From an uncultured Methanosarcinaceae archaeon (GTDB lineage Archaea; Halobacteriota; Methanosarcinia; Methanosarcinales; Methanosarcinaceae): 64,000 nucleotides of DNA. Shown here one piece after another: positions 12,057-22,660 of the stretch. The notes under the pieces were generated by a model. The model saw only the letters and a list, made by a program, of their open reading frames with translations. It was not told where the DNA came from and did not search any database. The translations under genes were made by a program, and so were the position numbers. The DNA lies in assembly GCA_963847185.1 (NCBI GenBank), contig CAWJYV010000002.1, positions 96,001 through 160,000 on the forward strand, written 5' to 3'. Every line of letters starts with the position of its first letter. Position 1 is the first letter of the stretch.

Positions 12057-12164
12057 CTAGTGCTGCGATTCCGAAGTATGTTCACAAAACTTGATTTTTG
12101 AATCAATCCATTAATCACGAATTTCCTTTTAAATAAGGAATTTATTTTGGAATCTAAGCACTAG
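12057..12164. mobile_element. MITE-like element (~108 bp)
   Basis: Imperfect 18-bp terminal inverted repeats CTAGTGCTGCGATTCCGA ... TTGGAATCTAAGCACTAG, CTAG at both ends, no coding capacity. Confidence 0.55.
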
Positions 12165-12177
12165 TTTTGTATACCAT

Positions 12178-14163
12178 TTATACTTTTATTGGCAAAACTA
12201 CGAAAGGAATTCCTTCAGCGTACAGTTTCCTCTGTGATGCGAAAACAGTATAGTTATGTAGCCATCTTGTAATTGCCGAATCATTCGGGAAGACGATTTG
12301 TCCACCAAAGAACACAGCATTAGGGAACTTCTTTAAGATATCTGGTGCCAATTTTGTAACCTCTGCAACGACATCAGTGCCTACTGAGGTAAAACCTTCT
12401 GCATAGTAGCCACGTGATGAGAGCAATTTTACGTACTTATCTGCATCTTTACTTACCTGGGTTTGAAGTCCTTGAATTTCTTCTGCCCCTTTGAAGACCC
12501 CAGCATCGATCACACCAATTTGTACAAATACGAAATTCTTGTACATTCCACCGAACAACTTGAATATAGTCGACAGAGCCTGCATTCCCAAACCGTTAAA
12601 ACCGTTTACCAGAAGCACTGCGGTCTTATCCTGCATGTTAATTTTATTTGGAGTATCATTCTTAATTATGTTCTTACATTCAGCAGGGGTTGTCTTTGAA
12701 TTCAACGCTTTAATAAGCTCTGAGGCATTGTCATAATGGCGTCTTATGAGAAGAACAACTCCAGCAAAGGCTCCGATAATAAGTAATGTTACCCATCCGC
12801 CTTCACCGAACTTGACAGCTATTACTGACATCAGTATCAAAACTGTCAAAATGAGTCCTATACCATTGATAATGAATTTCTTCTTCCAGTCTTTAACTTT
12901 CGCTTTTGACTTCCACCAATGACAAACCATTCCCGCCTGGGACAGAATAAACGTTATGAAAACTGCTATGCTGTAAAGTACTATCAGGAGTTTGACTGAT
13001 CCCTGAGTAAGGAAGACCACAGCTAGGGCTGAAATGCCCATTATCAATATGCCATTTTGTGTCACAAGTCTGTCACTAAGCGTTGCAAACCTTGTCGGAA
13101 CCCATCTGTCCAGCGCCATATTTGCCAGAACCCTGGGACCGTCTAAAAAACCGGTCTGTGCAGCTACAAATAAGAGTCCTGCTTCGGATACAAGAGTTGC
13201 TATTACGAAATAGTGACCAAAAGTTCCCCAGGATTCGGTAATATTCTCAAAAAGAACAGCATTCAGAGTTTTTCCAGCTTCTGGGGAGACATTGTAAAGT
13301 ATATAAGCAAGCATCAGCCCTGCTGCCATGAATGCTAGCGAAATCGCCATGAGCTGCATGGTTTTCTTTGCTGTCTTTACCCTGGGTTCTCTCATCACCG
13401 GAACTGCATTACTTACGGCTTCAATTCCTGTATATGTTCCTGCACCCATGCTATATGAATGCAGGATAATAAAAAGCAACGCTGAAAGTCCTCCTGCGCC
13501 AGATGTCACACTACGAACCTCAGTTACAGTATTACTCATCACTGTTGGCGCACTCGTAAAATGGGTAAAAAATGCATATAATATTAAAGTAACATGAGCA
13601 ATTATGAATAATGAAAAAATAGGCATTAAAAACAAAACGGATTCTTTTACTCCTCTTAAGTTTAACAAAATAATTACCATGATTACAAAAAATGCAAATC
13701 CTAGTTTGAATGAGTGCCAGTTTGGTGGTAGAAAACTTAGCATGGCATCTACACCACTTGCTATCGAAATAGCAATTGTAAGTATATAGTCTATAAGAAG
13801 TGCACAACCCGATAACATTCCAAGAGAGGGGGATAGCAATTTACTCGCAACCAGATAACCGCCCCCACCTGTGGGAAATAACTCAATTATCTGCGAATAA
13901 CTTGTACTAATTACAAAAATCGTCAATATAATGCTCATTGCTACGAATATGGCAAGGTAAATATTATCTCCCAATGCCAGATATGCTTCTTCTGGACCAT
14001 ATGATGCAGAAGACATTGCGTCAGAACCAAGACCAACCCATGCGAAAAGAGCTATTAGAGAAACTTTATGAAAGATGTCAGAATCAAAAGGGTTACGGGG
14101 TTCACCGATAACTAAAGTCTTTAAAGACTTTAGTTTTTTGTTAAAGATTTCATCATCTTGCAT
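12178..14163 (-). CDS. KimA/KUP-like APC-superfamily potassium transporter
   Basis: SDAMSSASYGPEE, YSQIIELFPTGGGGYLV, LIDYILTIAISIASG and TGIEAVSN match KimA-type motifs; about 12 TM helices plus a cytoplasmic C-terminal domain. Confidence 0.8.
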   Translation of the reverse strand: MQDDEIFNKKLKSLKTLVIGEPRNPFDSDIFHKVSLIALFAWVGLGSDAMSSASYGPEEAYLALGDNIYLAIFVAMSIILTIFVISTSYSQIIELFPTGGGGYLVASKLLSPSLGMLSGCALLIDYILTIAISIASGVDAMLSFLPPNWHSFKLGFAFFVIMVIILLNLRGVKESVLFLMPIFSLFIIAHVTLILYAFFTHFTSAPTVMSNTVTEVRSVTSGAGGLSALLFIILHSYSMGAGTYTGIEAVSNAVPVMREPRVKTAKKTMQLMAISLAFMAAGLMLAYILYNVSPEAGKTLNAVLFENITESWGTFGHYFVIATLVSEAGLLFVAAQTGFLDGPRVLANMALDRWVPTRFATLSDRLVTQNGILIMGISALAVVFLTQGSVKLLIVLYSIAVFITFILSQAGMVCHWWKSKAKVKDWKKKFIINGIGLILTVLILMSVIAVKFGEGGWVTLLIIGAFAGVVLLIRRHYDNASELIKALNSKTTPAECKNIIKNDTPNKINMQDKTAVLLVNGFNGLGMQALSTIFKLFGGMYKNFVFVQIGVIDAGVFKGAEEIQGLQTQVSKDADKYVKLLSSRGYYAEGFTSVGTDVVAEVTKLAPDILKKFPNAVFFGGQIVFPNDSAITRWLHNYTVFASQRKLYAEGIPFVVLPIKV

Positions 14164-14648
14164 TTTTATTTAGCCTTCGTTTTATTTTTTCAGTCATTTC
14201 ATTATAAGTAATAATTATGAAGACCTCAAATTCACACAAGTATTGTTAACTCATTTGAGTCCTAGTATTTGGATTTGTTTATTAGATTCAAATTTTTGAG
14301 GGTGTTTTCAAAAACATATAATATTTCATTTGCTATCGTTTTTTGAATCAAATTCAATAAATTATAATTATTATTAATTGAATTTTGGGAAAGGATAATG
14401 GCAGACTTTTGATTAAGGTACAATATCTAAAAGTTGAGGATATTTTTTCAACTACTATTAAAATTTTAATTTTTTAAAAACACGCGTTTCAAACACTGTT
14501 AATGTTGAGACCATCCTCAAAAGAAAGGGTATTCCTTAGAAACATGCTCATTTAATTTTACTTTTTTCCAAAGGCTACTTAAACAAGAAGGTCAATTTAT
14601 TTAAAACAAGTTTAATTTATTTAGAATCGGTCTTTTTTAGGGAATCTT

Positions 14649-15995
14649 ATGAAAGCAATAATCATAGGAGCAGGAGAAGTTGGATATCATATTGCAAAGT
14701 CTCTTTCCCTCACACACGACGTGATTGTTATTGAGAAAGATGAGGAAATCGCAAGAAGAGCAGATGAACTGGATGTTCAGGTCATTGAGGGGAATGGTGC
14801 AAACGTCGATATTCTCACTGATATTCTTCATGATGCTGACATTCTTGTTGCTGTGACGGGTGTTGATGAAGTCAACATCGTTGCATGTATGACTGCAAAA
14901 CTGATAATAAGATCCCACGCTGGCTGGAAAGAAATAAAAACAATTGCAAGAGTCAGCAACCCTGATTATATTGATGTTCCTGTAACCTCAAGATCTCAGG
15001 TAGGAGTTGACATAATGATCTGCCCGGAACTTGCGCTTGCCTCCCAGGTTGCTGAAGTATTATCAAGTCCATCTGCAATAGATGCGGAAGTTTTTGCAGG
15101 TGGAAAAGTTCAGATGATGGAATTTGCCATCCGTCCTGAGAATAAAATGGTAGGAAAGCAGATACAGAATCTTAAGCTTGACGAATGTTGCATTGTCAGT
15201 GCTATCTTTAGGAAAGAGGAAATAATCATTCCTCACGGAAATGACCTGATAAAAGCAGACGACCATATAGTAATTGTGGGCAAGCCTGCAGCCGTGGAAA
15301 ACCTTATCCGTACCTTTGGAGACGGGGAACCTCACAGAATCAGAATTCTGCTTATAGGCTGCGGAATTGTAGGGTTCTATCTAGCCAAAATTATAGACAG
15401 AGACGGGAAAGCCGATCTCAAGATTATCGAATATAAGAAAAGCCGCTGCATAGAAGTAGCCGAGATGCTGGAAAATTCCCTCATCTTAAACGGTGATGGT
15501 ACTGATGTCAACCTTCTGAGGGAAGAGAATATCGAAGATATGGACGTTGTTCTTGCAGTTACAGATAATGATGAGAAAAATCTCCTGTGTTCTCTTCTGG
15601 CGAAGCAAATGGGAGCAAAAAAGGTTATCGCAAGGGCTGACCGCTCTGACTATGTACCTCTTTTCGAAATGGTCGGGATAGATATGGCAGTCAGTCCCAG
15701 GGAAGCGACTGTAAATGAAGTGCTCAAACTTACCATGGGAAGAGGGATACAGACCCTTGCCACTCTTGAAGATGAAAGGGCCGAAATTATCGAGTATACG
15801 ACTTCCAGGCAGTCAAAGATTACAGGGAAATCTCTTGAAAAAGTTAAGTTCCCCAAAGGTGCACTCGTTACCATGGTAGTGCGCAATGATGATGCCGTCA
15901 TTCCCAGAGGAGACTTTATAGTTCGGGAAGGAGACAAGGTAATAGTTTTCGCGTTATCTTCTACTGTATCAGCTGTGGAAAAATTGTTTAAGTAA
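14649..15995 (+). CDS. trkA: Trk potassium uptake NAD-binding subunit
   Basis: Two RCK units (IIGAGEVG; LIGCGIVG), 448 aa. Confidence 0.96.
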   Translation: MKAIIIGAGEVGYHIAKSLSLTHDVIVIEKDEEIARRADELDVQVIEGNGANVDILTDILHDADILVAVTGVDEVNIVACMTAKLIIRSHAGWKEIKTIARVSNPDYIDVPVTSRSQVGVDIMICPELALASQVAEVLSSPSAIDAEVFAGGKVQMMEFAIRPENKMVGKQIQNLKLDECCIVSAIFRKEEIIIPHGNDLIKADDHIVIVGKPAAVENLIRTFGDGEPHRIRILLIGCGIVGFYLAKIIDRDGKADLKIIEYKKSRCIEVAEMLENSLILNGDGTDVNLLREENIEDMDVVLAVTDNDEKNLLCSLLAKQMGAKKVIARADRSDYVPLFEMVGIDMAVSPREATVNEVLKLTMGRGIQTLATLEDERAEIIEYTTSRQSKITGKSLEKVKFPKGALVTMVVRNDDAVIPRGDFIVREGDKVIVFALSSTVSAVEKLFK

Positions 15996-16049
15996 CAGAG
16001 AAATAGAAATAATCAAAAATTCTCATTATCTGTAAAATAGAGGTTTCTC

Positions 16050-17480
16050 ATGAATTTTAGGGTTGTCCTATACGTACTTGGCGGAGTACTCAGGCTGCTT
16101 GGAATTTTCATGATAATCCCTCTTGGAGTAGCATATTACTACGGGGAAAATTTAACTCCTTTTCTGGTTTCTATTGCTATAACCATGCTTACAGGTCTTT
16201 TCCTGCTCTCCTACAAAACTGAGGAGGAATGGATGCGTAAAGAGGGCTTTGCGATCGTTGCACTGAGCTGGCTTGCAGCTGCAGTTTTCGGAGCCATCCC
16301 TTTTATGCTCGATGGGATTTCTCCTTTAAACGCTGTTTTTGAATCCATGTCTGGATTTACAACCACAGGGTCATCAATTCTTACTGATATAGAAAGTCAT
16401 CCAAAAAGTATCCTTTTCTGGAGAGGTTTGATTATGTGGCTGGGTGGCATGGGCATTATCGTGTTTTTTATCGCCATCCTGCCTAAATTAGGAGTTGTGG
16501 GCCGCCAGCTTTTGCGAGCAGAAGCTCCAGGGCCTACAGAGGATAAGCTCAAACCACGAGTCAGAGAAACAGCAAGAATTCTCTGGATGGTTTATTTTGC
16601 GATCTCCTTTATGCAGGTTGTTGCTCTCCTATTTGCAGGTGTCTCGCTTTATGACGCGCTTAATCATATGTTTGCTACAATGGGTTGCGGAGGTTTCTCC
16701 AATTATGCGCTGAGTGTTGGCGCTTTTCAGAGTCCTCTTGTAGAGTATATAATAACTTTTTTTACTTTTGTTGCTGGCGCAAACTTTGCTCTATATTACC
16801 GGGCTATACATACAAATAAAAACTTACTTTTTAAAGACGAAGAATTTCAACTCTATACGTTTCTGATACTTGGAGCAAGCGGGCTTCTTACCCTCCTGCT
16901 CTGGCGAGATCTTGGTACAGGAATTCTTGATTCATTCAGGCTTGCTATTTTCCAGGTAGTCACAATCATGACCAGTACCGGGTTTGCGACAACAGATTTT
17001 AACCTCTGGCCCGAATCTGCAAAAATGATACTTATTCTGGTTATGTTTGTTGGAGCTTGTGCTGGCTCTACAGGTGGAGGTATTAAGGTTGTGCGTATCC
17101 TTATTCTTCTCAGGCACAGCAGAAACGAATTGTTCAAGGCCCTTCATCCGAGAGCTGTAAAAAGTGTCAGATTCAACAATAAAAATGTGCCAGAGGAGAT
17201 AATCAGTTCTATTGTCTCATTTGTTGTCATATATCTCCTTGTCTTTGTATCAAGTGCACTGATTCTCTCAGTTCTCGGCATGGACATAATGACTTCGATT
17301 ACCGCCTCCATAGCCACTCTTGGTAATATAGGTCCTGGTCTGAATGTAGTAGGCCCAATGGGCAGTTTTGATCCCATCCCTCCACTAGGAAAATTAGTAC
17401 TGATTGCAAATATGTGGATTGGAAGGCTAGAAGTCTACACTGTAATTTTACTCTTTACGCCTGAGTTCTGGAAAAAGTAA
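16050..17480 (+). CDS. trkH: Trk potassium uptake membrane subunit
   Basis: FESMSGFTTTG, WLGGMGII, GSTGGGIK, LGNIGPG and GRLE motifs. Confidence 0.96.
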   Translation: MNFRVVLYVLGGVLRLLGIFMIIPLGVAYYYGENLTPFLVSIAITMLTGLFLLSYKTEEEWMRKEGFAIVALSWLAAAVFGAIPFMLDGISPLNAVFESMSGFTTTGSSILTDIESHPKSILFWRGLIMWLGGMGIIVFFIAILPKLGVVGRQLLRAEAPGPTEDKLKPRVRETARILWMVYFAISFMQVVALLFAGVSLYDALNHMFATMGCGGFSNYALSVGAFQSPLVEYIITFFTFVAGANFALYYRAIHTNKNLLFKDEEFQLYTFLILGASGLLTLLLWRDLGTGILDSFRLAIFQVVTIMTSTGFATTDFNLWPESAKMILILVMFVGACAGSTGGGIKVVRILILLRHSRNELFKALHPRAVKSVRFNNKNVPEEIISSIVSFVVIYLLVFVSSALILSVLGMDIMTSITASIATLGNIGPGLNVVGPMGSFDPIPPLGKLVLIANMWIGRLEVYTVILLFTPEFWKK

Positions 17481-17575
17481 TTACCACCCGAGTTCCGCTT
17501 CGGCACCCGAATTCCGCTTCGGGAGCACGGGGTCTGTTTCGCTTCGCTCAAGCAGACTAACTTATGGTTTAGAAT
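17481..17575 (-). repeat. Dispersed palindrome-rich intergenic repeat, copy A
   Basis: Reverse complement reads ATTCT..CATAAGTTAGTCTGCTTGAGCGAAGCGAAAC...GCTCCCGAA...TTCGGG...GGGTGG and matches the copies at 56996 and 57984. Confidence 0.75.
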
Positions 17576-17615
17576 ATCAAATTTTGCTTCTGGATCACAG
17601 GAAATTAGAGATTTT

Positions 17616-17695
17616 CTGGGAGTTGCGATGTAATCGCAACAGTATGCCATCCTTTTCGCTGAGCTCAAGAGGACTAATCTATGGGATAGAAATTT
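17616..17695 (-). repeat. Dispersed palindrome-rich intergenic repeat, copy B
   Basis: GTTGCGATGTAATCGCAAC palindrome plus the CCTTTTCGCTGAGCTCAAGAGGACTAATCTATGGGA core. Confidence 0.7.
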
Positions 17696-17774
17696 TCGTA
17701 TTTTTTTCAAAAGGACTAACTGCAAAAAGAAAAGAAATTAAAAAAGAATTGGAAATTGCCTGAGATTTCAGGCA

Positions 17775-18998
17775 TTACATTTTACTTTTTACTACTTCTT
17801 TTGCAGCGTCTTTGAAAAGCACGCGGAGGTCCCAGAGAAGTTTTTTATTGGCCTTAAAAAGGGCGTGCAGAAGATCGAGGAGGCTCATTCTCTCAAACTT
17901 TATACCTTCTAGAGAATAGGCAAGAGAATCCAGATCCTCATCACTAATATTAATAAAACAGTTCTTTACGATTAGACTCAGGTCTATGGCATGCCCTATG
18001 GTCGCTCTCCAAGGTTTCTCGTAAACCTCTTCGAGTTTCTCAAGAGAAACGTCTCCTGTTGATATAGCAGCATAAGCTGCCTCTCCTGCAAGCTCCCCTG
18101 CGTCCATAGCGTTAAGTATTCCGCCGCCTGTGATAGGGTCGGACTGGCGCGCAGCATCTCCAATTAGCATCAGCCCATTGGTTGAAGTCTTTTCAATGCT
18201 GCCTGAAACCGGGACTCCCCCGAAAACCATCTCGATTATTCTGGCATCAGGGAATCTTTTCTCAACGAAAGCATTGAGGTAATCCACAGGTCTTGGCTTG
18301 AATTTTCCTAATTTATTCCCAAGAACCCCTATCCCTACGTTTGCCTTGCCTTCCCCTTTAGGGAAAATCCATATGTAACCACCGGGTGCGACCTCATTTC
18401 CTACGTAAAACTCGCAGTACTCCTGATCTATGTTTGCACCTGCTATAAGATACTGGGTACAGGTTTCGATGTCTATGGGCTTTAAGGAAGTGTCAATGCC
18501 TGCCCACCTGCCTACCTTAGATTCGACCCCATCAGCGCCTATCACTATTTTGGCACGCACATCATACTCTTTTCCAAGATGCATGAGTCTGGCACCCTTA
18601 ACGAAGTCATCCTCAATGATCAGGCCAGTTGCTCTGGTTTTTACTCTGACCTCAGCTCCAGCTTTTGCAGCCATTTCTGCAAGAGCACGATCAAAGACCT
18701 TTCTTTCAAGCACATAGCCAACTTCTCCGCCGGCTATTTCTTCCGCCATTTCTATCTTAGTACCGTTAGGAGAGTAAATACGAGAGCCCTTGAGGTCAGC
18801 GCAAATCCATTGTTTGTCAATTTCCACGTGCTGTTTGAGATATTCCTTGCTCACACCCTCGGCGCAGCGTACGGGATCGCCTATTTCCTGGCGTTTCTCT
18901 ATTAAAAGCACATCAAGTCCCTTTTCAGCCGCGGTTTTGGCAGCAATGGAACCTGCGGGCCCGGCTCCTATCACTAAAACATCATACCTATCCTTCAT
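17775..18998 (-). CDS. Digeranylgeranylglycerophospholipid (geranylgeranyl) reductase
   Basis: [36 protein letters not shown] and [15 protein letters not shown] motifs. Confidence 0.92.
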   Translation of the reverse strand: MKDRYDVLVIGAGPAGSIAAKTAAEKGLDVLLIEKRQEIGDPVRCAEGVSKEYLKQHVEIDKQWICADLKGSRIYSPNGTKIEMAEEIAGGEVGYVLERKVFDRALAEMAAKAGAEVRVKTRATGLIIEDDFVKGARLMHLGKEYDVRAKIVIGADGVESKVGRWAGIDTSLKPIDIETCTQYLIAGANIDQEYCEFYVGNEVAPGGYIWIFPKGEGKANVGIGVLGNKLGKFKPRPVDYLNAFVEKRFPDARIIEMVFGGVPVSGSIEKTSTNGLMLIGDAARQSDPITGGGILNAMDAGELAGEAAYAAISTGDVSLEKLEEVYEKPWRATIGHAIDLSLIVKNCFINISDEDLDSLAYSLEGIKFERMSLLDLLHALFKANKKLLWDLRVLFKDAAKEVVKSKM

Positions 18999-19171
18999 TT
19001 TATTACCTCAATTGCTCCCACAGGACAGATGCGATCGCATATTCCGCATGCAATGCACATAGTTTCATCTACTTCAACCCAGGTCTCTACAAGTTCGAGT
19101 GCCCCCTTGGGGCAGACTCCCACACAGGCACCACAATATCCACACTTATATCTGTTTACGTTGATGCTCAC
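18995..19171 (-). CDS. 2x[4Fe-4S] ferredoxin, partner of the geranylgeranyl reductase
   Basis: [12 protein letters not shown] and [12 protein letters not shown]; GTG start after AGGTGAG; ATGA overlap with the reductase. Confidence 0.9.
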   Translation of the reverse strand: MSINVNRYKCGYCGACVGVCPKGALELVETWVEVDETMCIACGICDRICPVGAIEVIK

Positions 19172-19623
19172 TAGCTCACCTGTAAATTTTAAAGGCAAAT
19201 AAGGTAATTATGGCATGTTAAGGCAGTTTGGTAAATTATAGTAATTTTAAGGAAGATAAATAACAATTATCTAACATATAGTTTTTGTTAACTAAGACTG
19301 CCAAGCTTGAAAAAAATCTTTCAAGTTATGCCTTCAGGAAAATCACTTTTAAATTTTTTACTTCTACTTAGTAAAAGTATTTTTGAGAATATACTTACAA
19401 AATTTTGACGTATAGTTTGGAAGCTCTCATTTATAATTGCAAAGAATTCTTATTTTACGAGAGTTTCCCTTACAGTCCATAAAGAGATTCCTAGCTATAT
19501 CACAATAAATATTTTATATTTTCCATGAAACCCCTATATTCCACTGATTTAACTTATGTTCCCATAATTACTTCCCTTTAACCCCATATAACCTTTTGCC
19601 GTCTTAAATTTGCTATTACAATA

Positions 19624-20259
19624 TCACTGGCTTGAAATTGGAGACAGTTTTACCCTTCCTCTGCTGATCTTGAGCAGGAACTTTTTACTAATGTAATCTT
19701 TTGAAGCTCCTTTTCCGTGTATAAACAGTTCCACCAGATCTTCCGGTTCATCTATATCAGTGCCTGCCAGGAAAGAATAGTATACCTCTACTTTCTGCCC
19801 TGCTTCTGCTGCAATCGAGCAGTGTGTCAGAAAACTTGACCCATAGTATCTGACCCTGTAGATCGATGGGTTCCTGATAAACAGGATATTTGTGCCTCCT
19901 CCTTTTCCCGGCACAATGCATACATCTTCTTTTGTTGAAATTATCTCTTTTATATGATCCGGAGAGAGAAGAGGCAGGTCAGCCATTGCAATCAGGACTG
20001 GCTCTTCAGCCTGCTCCAGATACCTGTTAAGAGCCTCATTCAGATCATTTTTATCCAGAAGGACTCTGGCTTTCTGCATATTCTCAAGACCGTACATCGA
20101 AGGACTGAGAATATCTATTTTTTCCACTCCGGCATCTTTAAGGGAGTCTATTACCTGATTCAACATAATTTCTACGAATTCTTCCCTTTCTTCCTGGCTG
20201 AAGACGGGTGATAATCGGGATTTTGCACCGGCTTTTTTATAGGGAATTACAGCTTTCAT
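19624..20259 (-). CDS. cofC: 2-phospho-L-lactate/PEP guanylyltransferase
   Basis: MKAVIPYKKAGAKSRLSP, MADLPLL, GGGTN and DIDEPEDL; AGGAG RBS before ATG 20259. Confidence 0.93.
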   Translation of the reverse strand: MKAVIPYKKAGAKSRLSPVFSQEEREEFVEIMLNQVIDSLKDAGVEKIDILSPSMYGLENMQKARVLLDKNDLNEALNRYLEQAEEPVLIAMADLPLLSPDHIKEIISTKEDVCIVPGKGGGTNILFIRNPSIYRVRYYGSSFLTHCSIAAEAGQKVEVYYSFLAGTDIDEPEDLVELFIHGKGASKDYISKKFLLKISRGRVKLSPISSQ

Positions 20260-20317
20260 CTGGACTCCTGAAAATAGTGATTTTTTAACCTTCTGAAAAC
20301 CCATATTTTAATCTGTC

Positions 20318-21484
20318 TCATTCCCTGCTGCCCAGTCTGGTTCTCCCGCAGCTCGAAAGAGAACCTTCCCTATTTTGGAATCCGGGCTCTACTTTCCTGT
20401 AGAGCGTATCTCTCTGCATGGGGATTCTTCCTGCACCTTTTATCATCCACTCAAATTCTGCTGGTGATACGTATTCTCCATGACTGCCTCCGGAAGCAGT
20501 TGAGATCTGGTCTTCCATAAGCGTACCTCCAAGGTCGTTTGCCCCGCACTGTAGAGCTACCTGAGCAAGTTTTTTCCCGAGCTTAACCCAGGTTGCCTGA
20601 ATGTTATTTACATAAGTATGCAGGATTATGCGGGAAATGGCTATGAGCTGCAGGTCTTCAAGGCCTGTGCTGGTAAACTTTCCGGAAGCCAGCATCTTTT
20701 CTCCTATGGGGTTGTTATAGGGTAAAAAGGACATAGGAATAAGTTCCGAAATTCCGCCGGTTTCTTTCTGGATTTCGCGTATGGTAAAAACGTGGTCAAG
20801 GCGCTCTTCCAGAGTCTCTACATGCCCGTACATAATAGTGGAATTTGTGGAAATTCCGGCCTTATGTGCCGCCTTTACCGTATCTATCCATTGCTGAGTG
20901 TTTATTTTTCCTGGACAGATTATTTTCCTCACTCTATCAGAAAGGATCTCGGCAGAAGTGCCTGTGAGAGAATCAAGCCCGCTTTTTTTCAGTTTACGCA
21001 GGGCTTCTTCTACAGACATGCCGGAAAGTCCTGCTGCATAATTTACTTCCATAGGAGACAGGGCATGAATGCAGAGATCAGGGAAATCGGATTTTATAGA
21101 TTCTATAATCTCAAGATAGAATTCCATATCAGCTTCCGGGGTATACCCTCCCTGAACACAGACCTCGACAGCTCCGGCTTCTCTCGCCTCTTCTGTTTTT
21201 TTCAGGATTTCTTCTACGCTCAGAATATAACCCTTCTCTGTCCTGTAGGCACAGAATCCGCAGTTTCCAACGCACTTGTTTGTTATGTAAATGTTCCTGT
21301 TTACTACATAGCTTACAAAATCGCCCACGGCATTAGCTCGAAGTTCGTTGGCGAGTTCGAAAAGCTCAAACGGATTTCCTTCAATCAGGAGAAGAGCATC
21401 CTCTTTTGTACATTTTCCCTGATATGCCCTTTCAACTATATCTTCAGGGACAGCTGCCGATTTTTTCATGTACATCTCTATCAT
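20318..21484 (-). CDS. cofH: FO synthase subunit CofH (paralog 1)
   Basis: VVNRNI, CVGNCGFC radical-SAM motif, TIMYGHVE and GANDLGGTLME. Confidence 0.92.
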   Translation of the reverse strand: MIEMYMKKSAAVPEDIVERAYQGKCTKEDALLLIEGNPFELFELANELRANAVGDFVSYVVNRNIYITNKCVGNCGFCAYRTEKGYILSVEEILKKTEEAREAGAVEVCVQGGYTPEADMEFYLEIIESIKSDFPDLCIHALSPMEVNYAAGLSGMSVEEALRKLKKSGLDSLTGTSAEILSDRVRKIICPGKINTQQWIDTVKAAHKAGISTNSTIMYGHVETLEERLDHVFTIREIQKETGGISELIPMSFLPYNNPIGEKMLASGKFTSTGLEDLQLIAISRIILHTYVNNIQATWVKLGKKLAQVALQCGANDLGGTLMEDQISTASGGSHGEYVSPAEFEWMIKGAGRIPMQRDTLYRKVEPGFQNREGSLSSCGRTRLGSRE

Positions 21485-21529
21485 TCCCGTTTTAAACGTA
21501 TCTTTCAGTTTATTCCTGATAAATAAAAC

Positions 21530-22660
21530 TCAATTGGAAATTCCAAAACCTGCTCTCTTTCTCGAATTTCCTGAAGCCAGCTTATTTACTCCATTGTATA
21601 GAGTGTTTCTCTCTTTTGGAATCCTGCCTGCTCCATGGATCATCCATTCCAGTTCCTCTACAGAGATCATTTCTCCGTGACTGGCTCCGGCCGACCTGGA
21701 AATGCTTTCTTCCATAAGGGTGCCTCCGAGGTCGTTAGCCCCGCAGTGAAGGGCAAATTGAGCAAGCTTTTTCCCTAATTTCACCCAGCTTGATTGAATG
21801 TTATTCACGTGACCGTGAAGGAGTATACGAGAAACAGCATAGATTTTCAAGTCCTCAAGTCCAGGAGTGGCATATCTGCCTTCCCTGATCATTTTTTCCC
21901 CTACAGGATTGTTGTAGGGCATAAAAGGCAGGGGCACAAATTCCGTAATTCCTCCCGTTTCTTTCTGGATTTCTCTGATGATAAGCATGTGATCTATCCT
22001 TTCTTCCGGGGTTTCAACATGCCCGTACATCATGGTTGCAGTAGTGGGAATGCCTGTCGCATGCGCCTGCCTGACTACCTCAACCCACTCCGAAGTTTTA
22101 AGTTTTAAGGGACAGATTATCTCCCTTACCCTGTCGGAGAGAATTTCAGCTGCGGTTCCTGGCATAGTGTCAAGCCCGCTTTTCTTGAGTCTGAAAAGAG
22201 CCTCTTTCACTGAGATCCCGCTGACATGGGCGGCATGATACACTTCCATTGGCGAAAATGAGTGAATATGCATCTCCGGAAACTCAGCTTTTATAGCCTC
22301 TGCAATTCCCTGATAGAAGTCAAGGCCCACATCCGGAAGCAAACCCCCCTGAATGCATACTTCAGTCGCTTTTGCCTGCTTTGCCGCTCTTACCTTTTCC
22401 ATGATTTCTTCAATGCTGAGTACCTTGCCTGTGTTTGTCCGAAATGCGCAAAAGCCGCATGTTCCTATACAGCGGCTTGTGAAATTTATATTCCTGTTAA
22501 CTACGTAGGTTACCGTGTCCCCGACTGCAAGGTCACGAAGCTCGTCCGCAAACCTGAAAAGTTCGAAAGGAGGTATTTCCAGAAGCAAGAGCGCGTCTTC
22601 TTTTGTGCTCTTCCCCTGGTACGCACGTTCTATGAGGTCTTCGGGAATTTTGCCGTTCAT
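21530..22660 (-). CDS. cofH: FO synthase subunit CofH (paralog 2)
   Basis: VVNRNINFT, CIGTCGFC, MPGTAAEIL and GANDLGGTLMEESIS. Confidence 0.93.
   Translation of the reverse strand: MNGKIPEDLIERAYQGKSTKEDALLLLEIPPFELFRFADELRDLAVGDTVTYVVNRNINFTSRCIGTCGFCAFRTNTGKVLSIEEIMEKVRAAKQAKATEVCIQGGLLPDVGLDFYQGIAEAIKAEFPEMHIHSFSPMEVYHAAHVSGISVKEALFRLKKSGLDTMPGTAAEILSDRVREIICPLKLKTSEWVEVVRQAHATGIPTTATMMYGHVETPEERIDHMLIIREIQKETGGITEFVPLPFMPYNNPVGEKMIREGRYATPGLEDLKIYAVSRILLHGHVNNIQSSWVKLGKKLAQFALHCGANDLGGTLMEESISRSAGASHGEMISVEELEWMIHGAGRIPKERNTLYNGVNKLASGNSRKRAGFGISN

Noticed and set aside
20318-22660. Tandem cofH duplication as a novelty
   Set aside because: Two adjacent cofH paralogues are typical of Methanosarcina.
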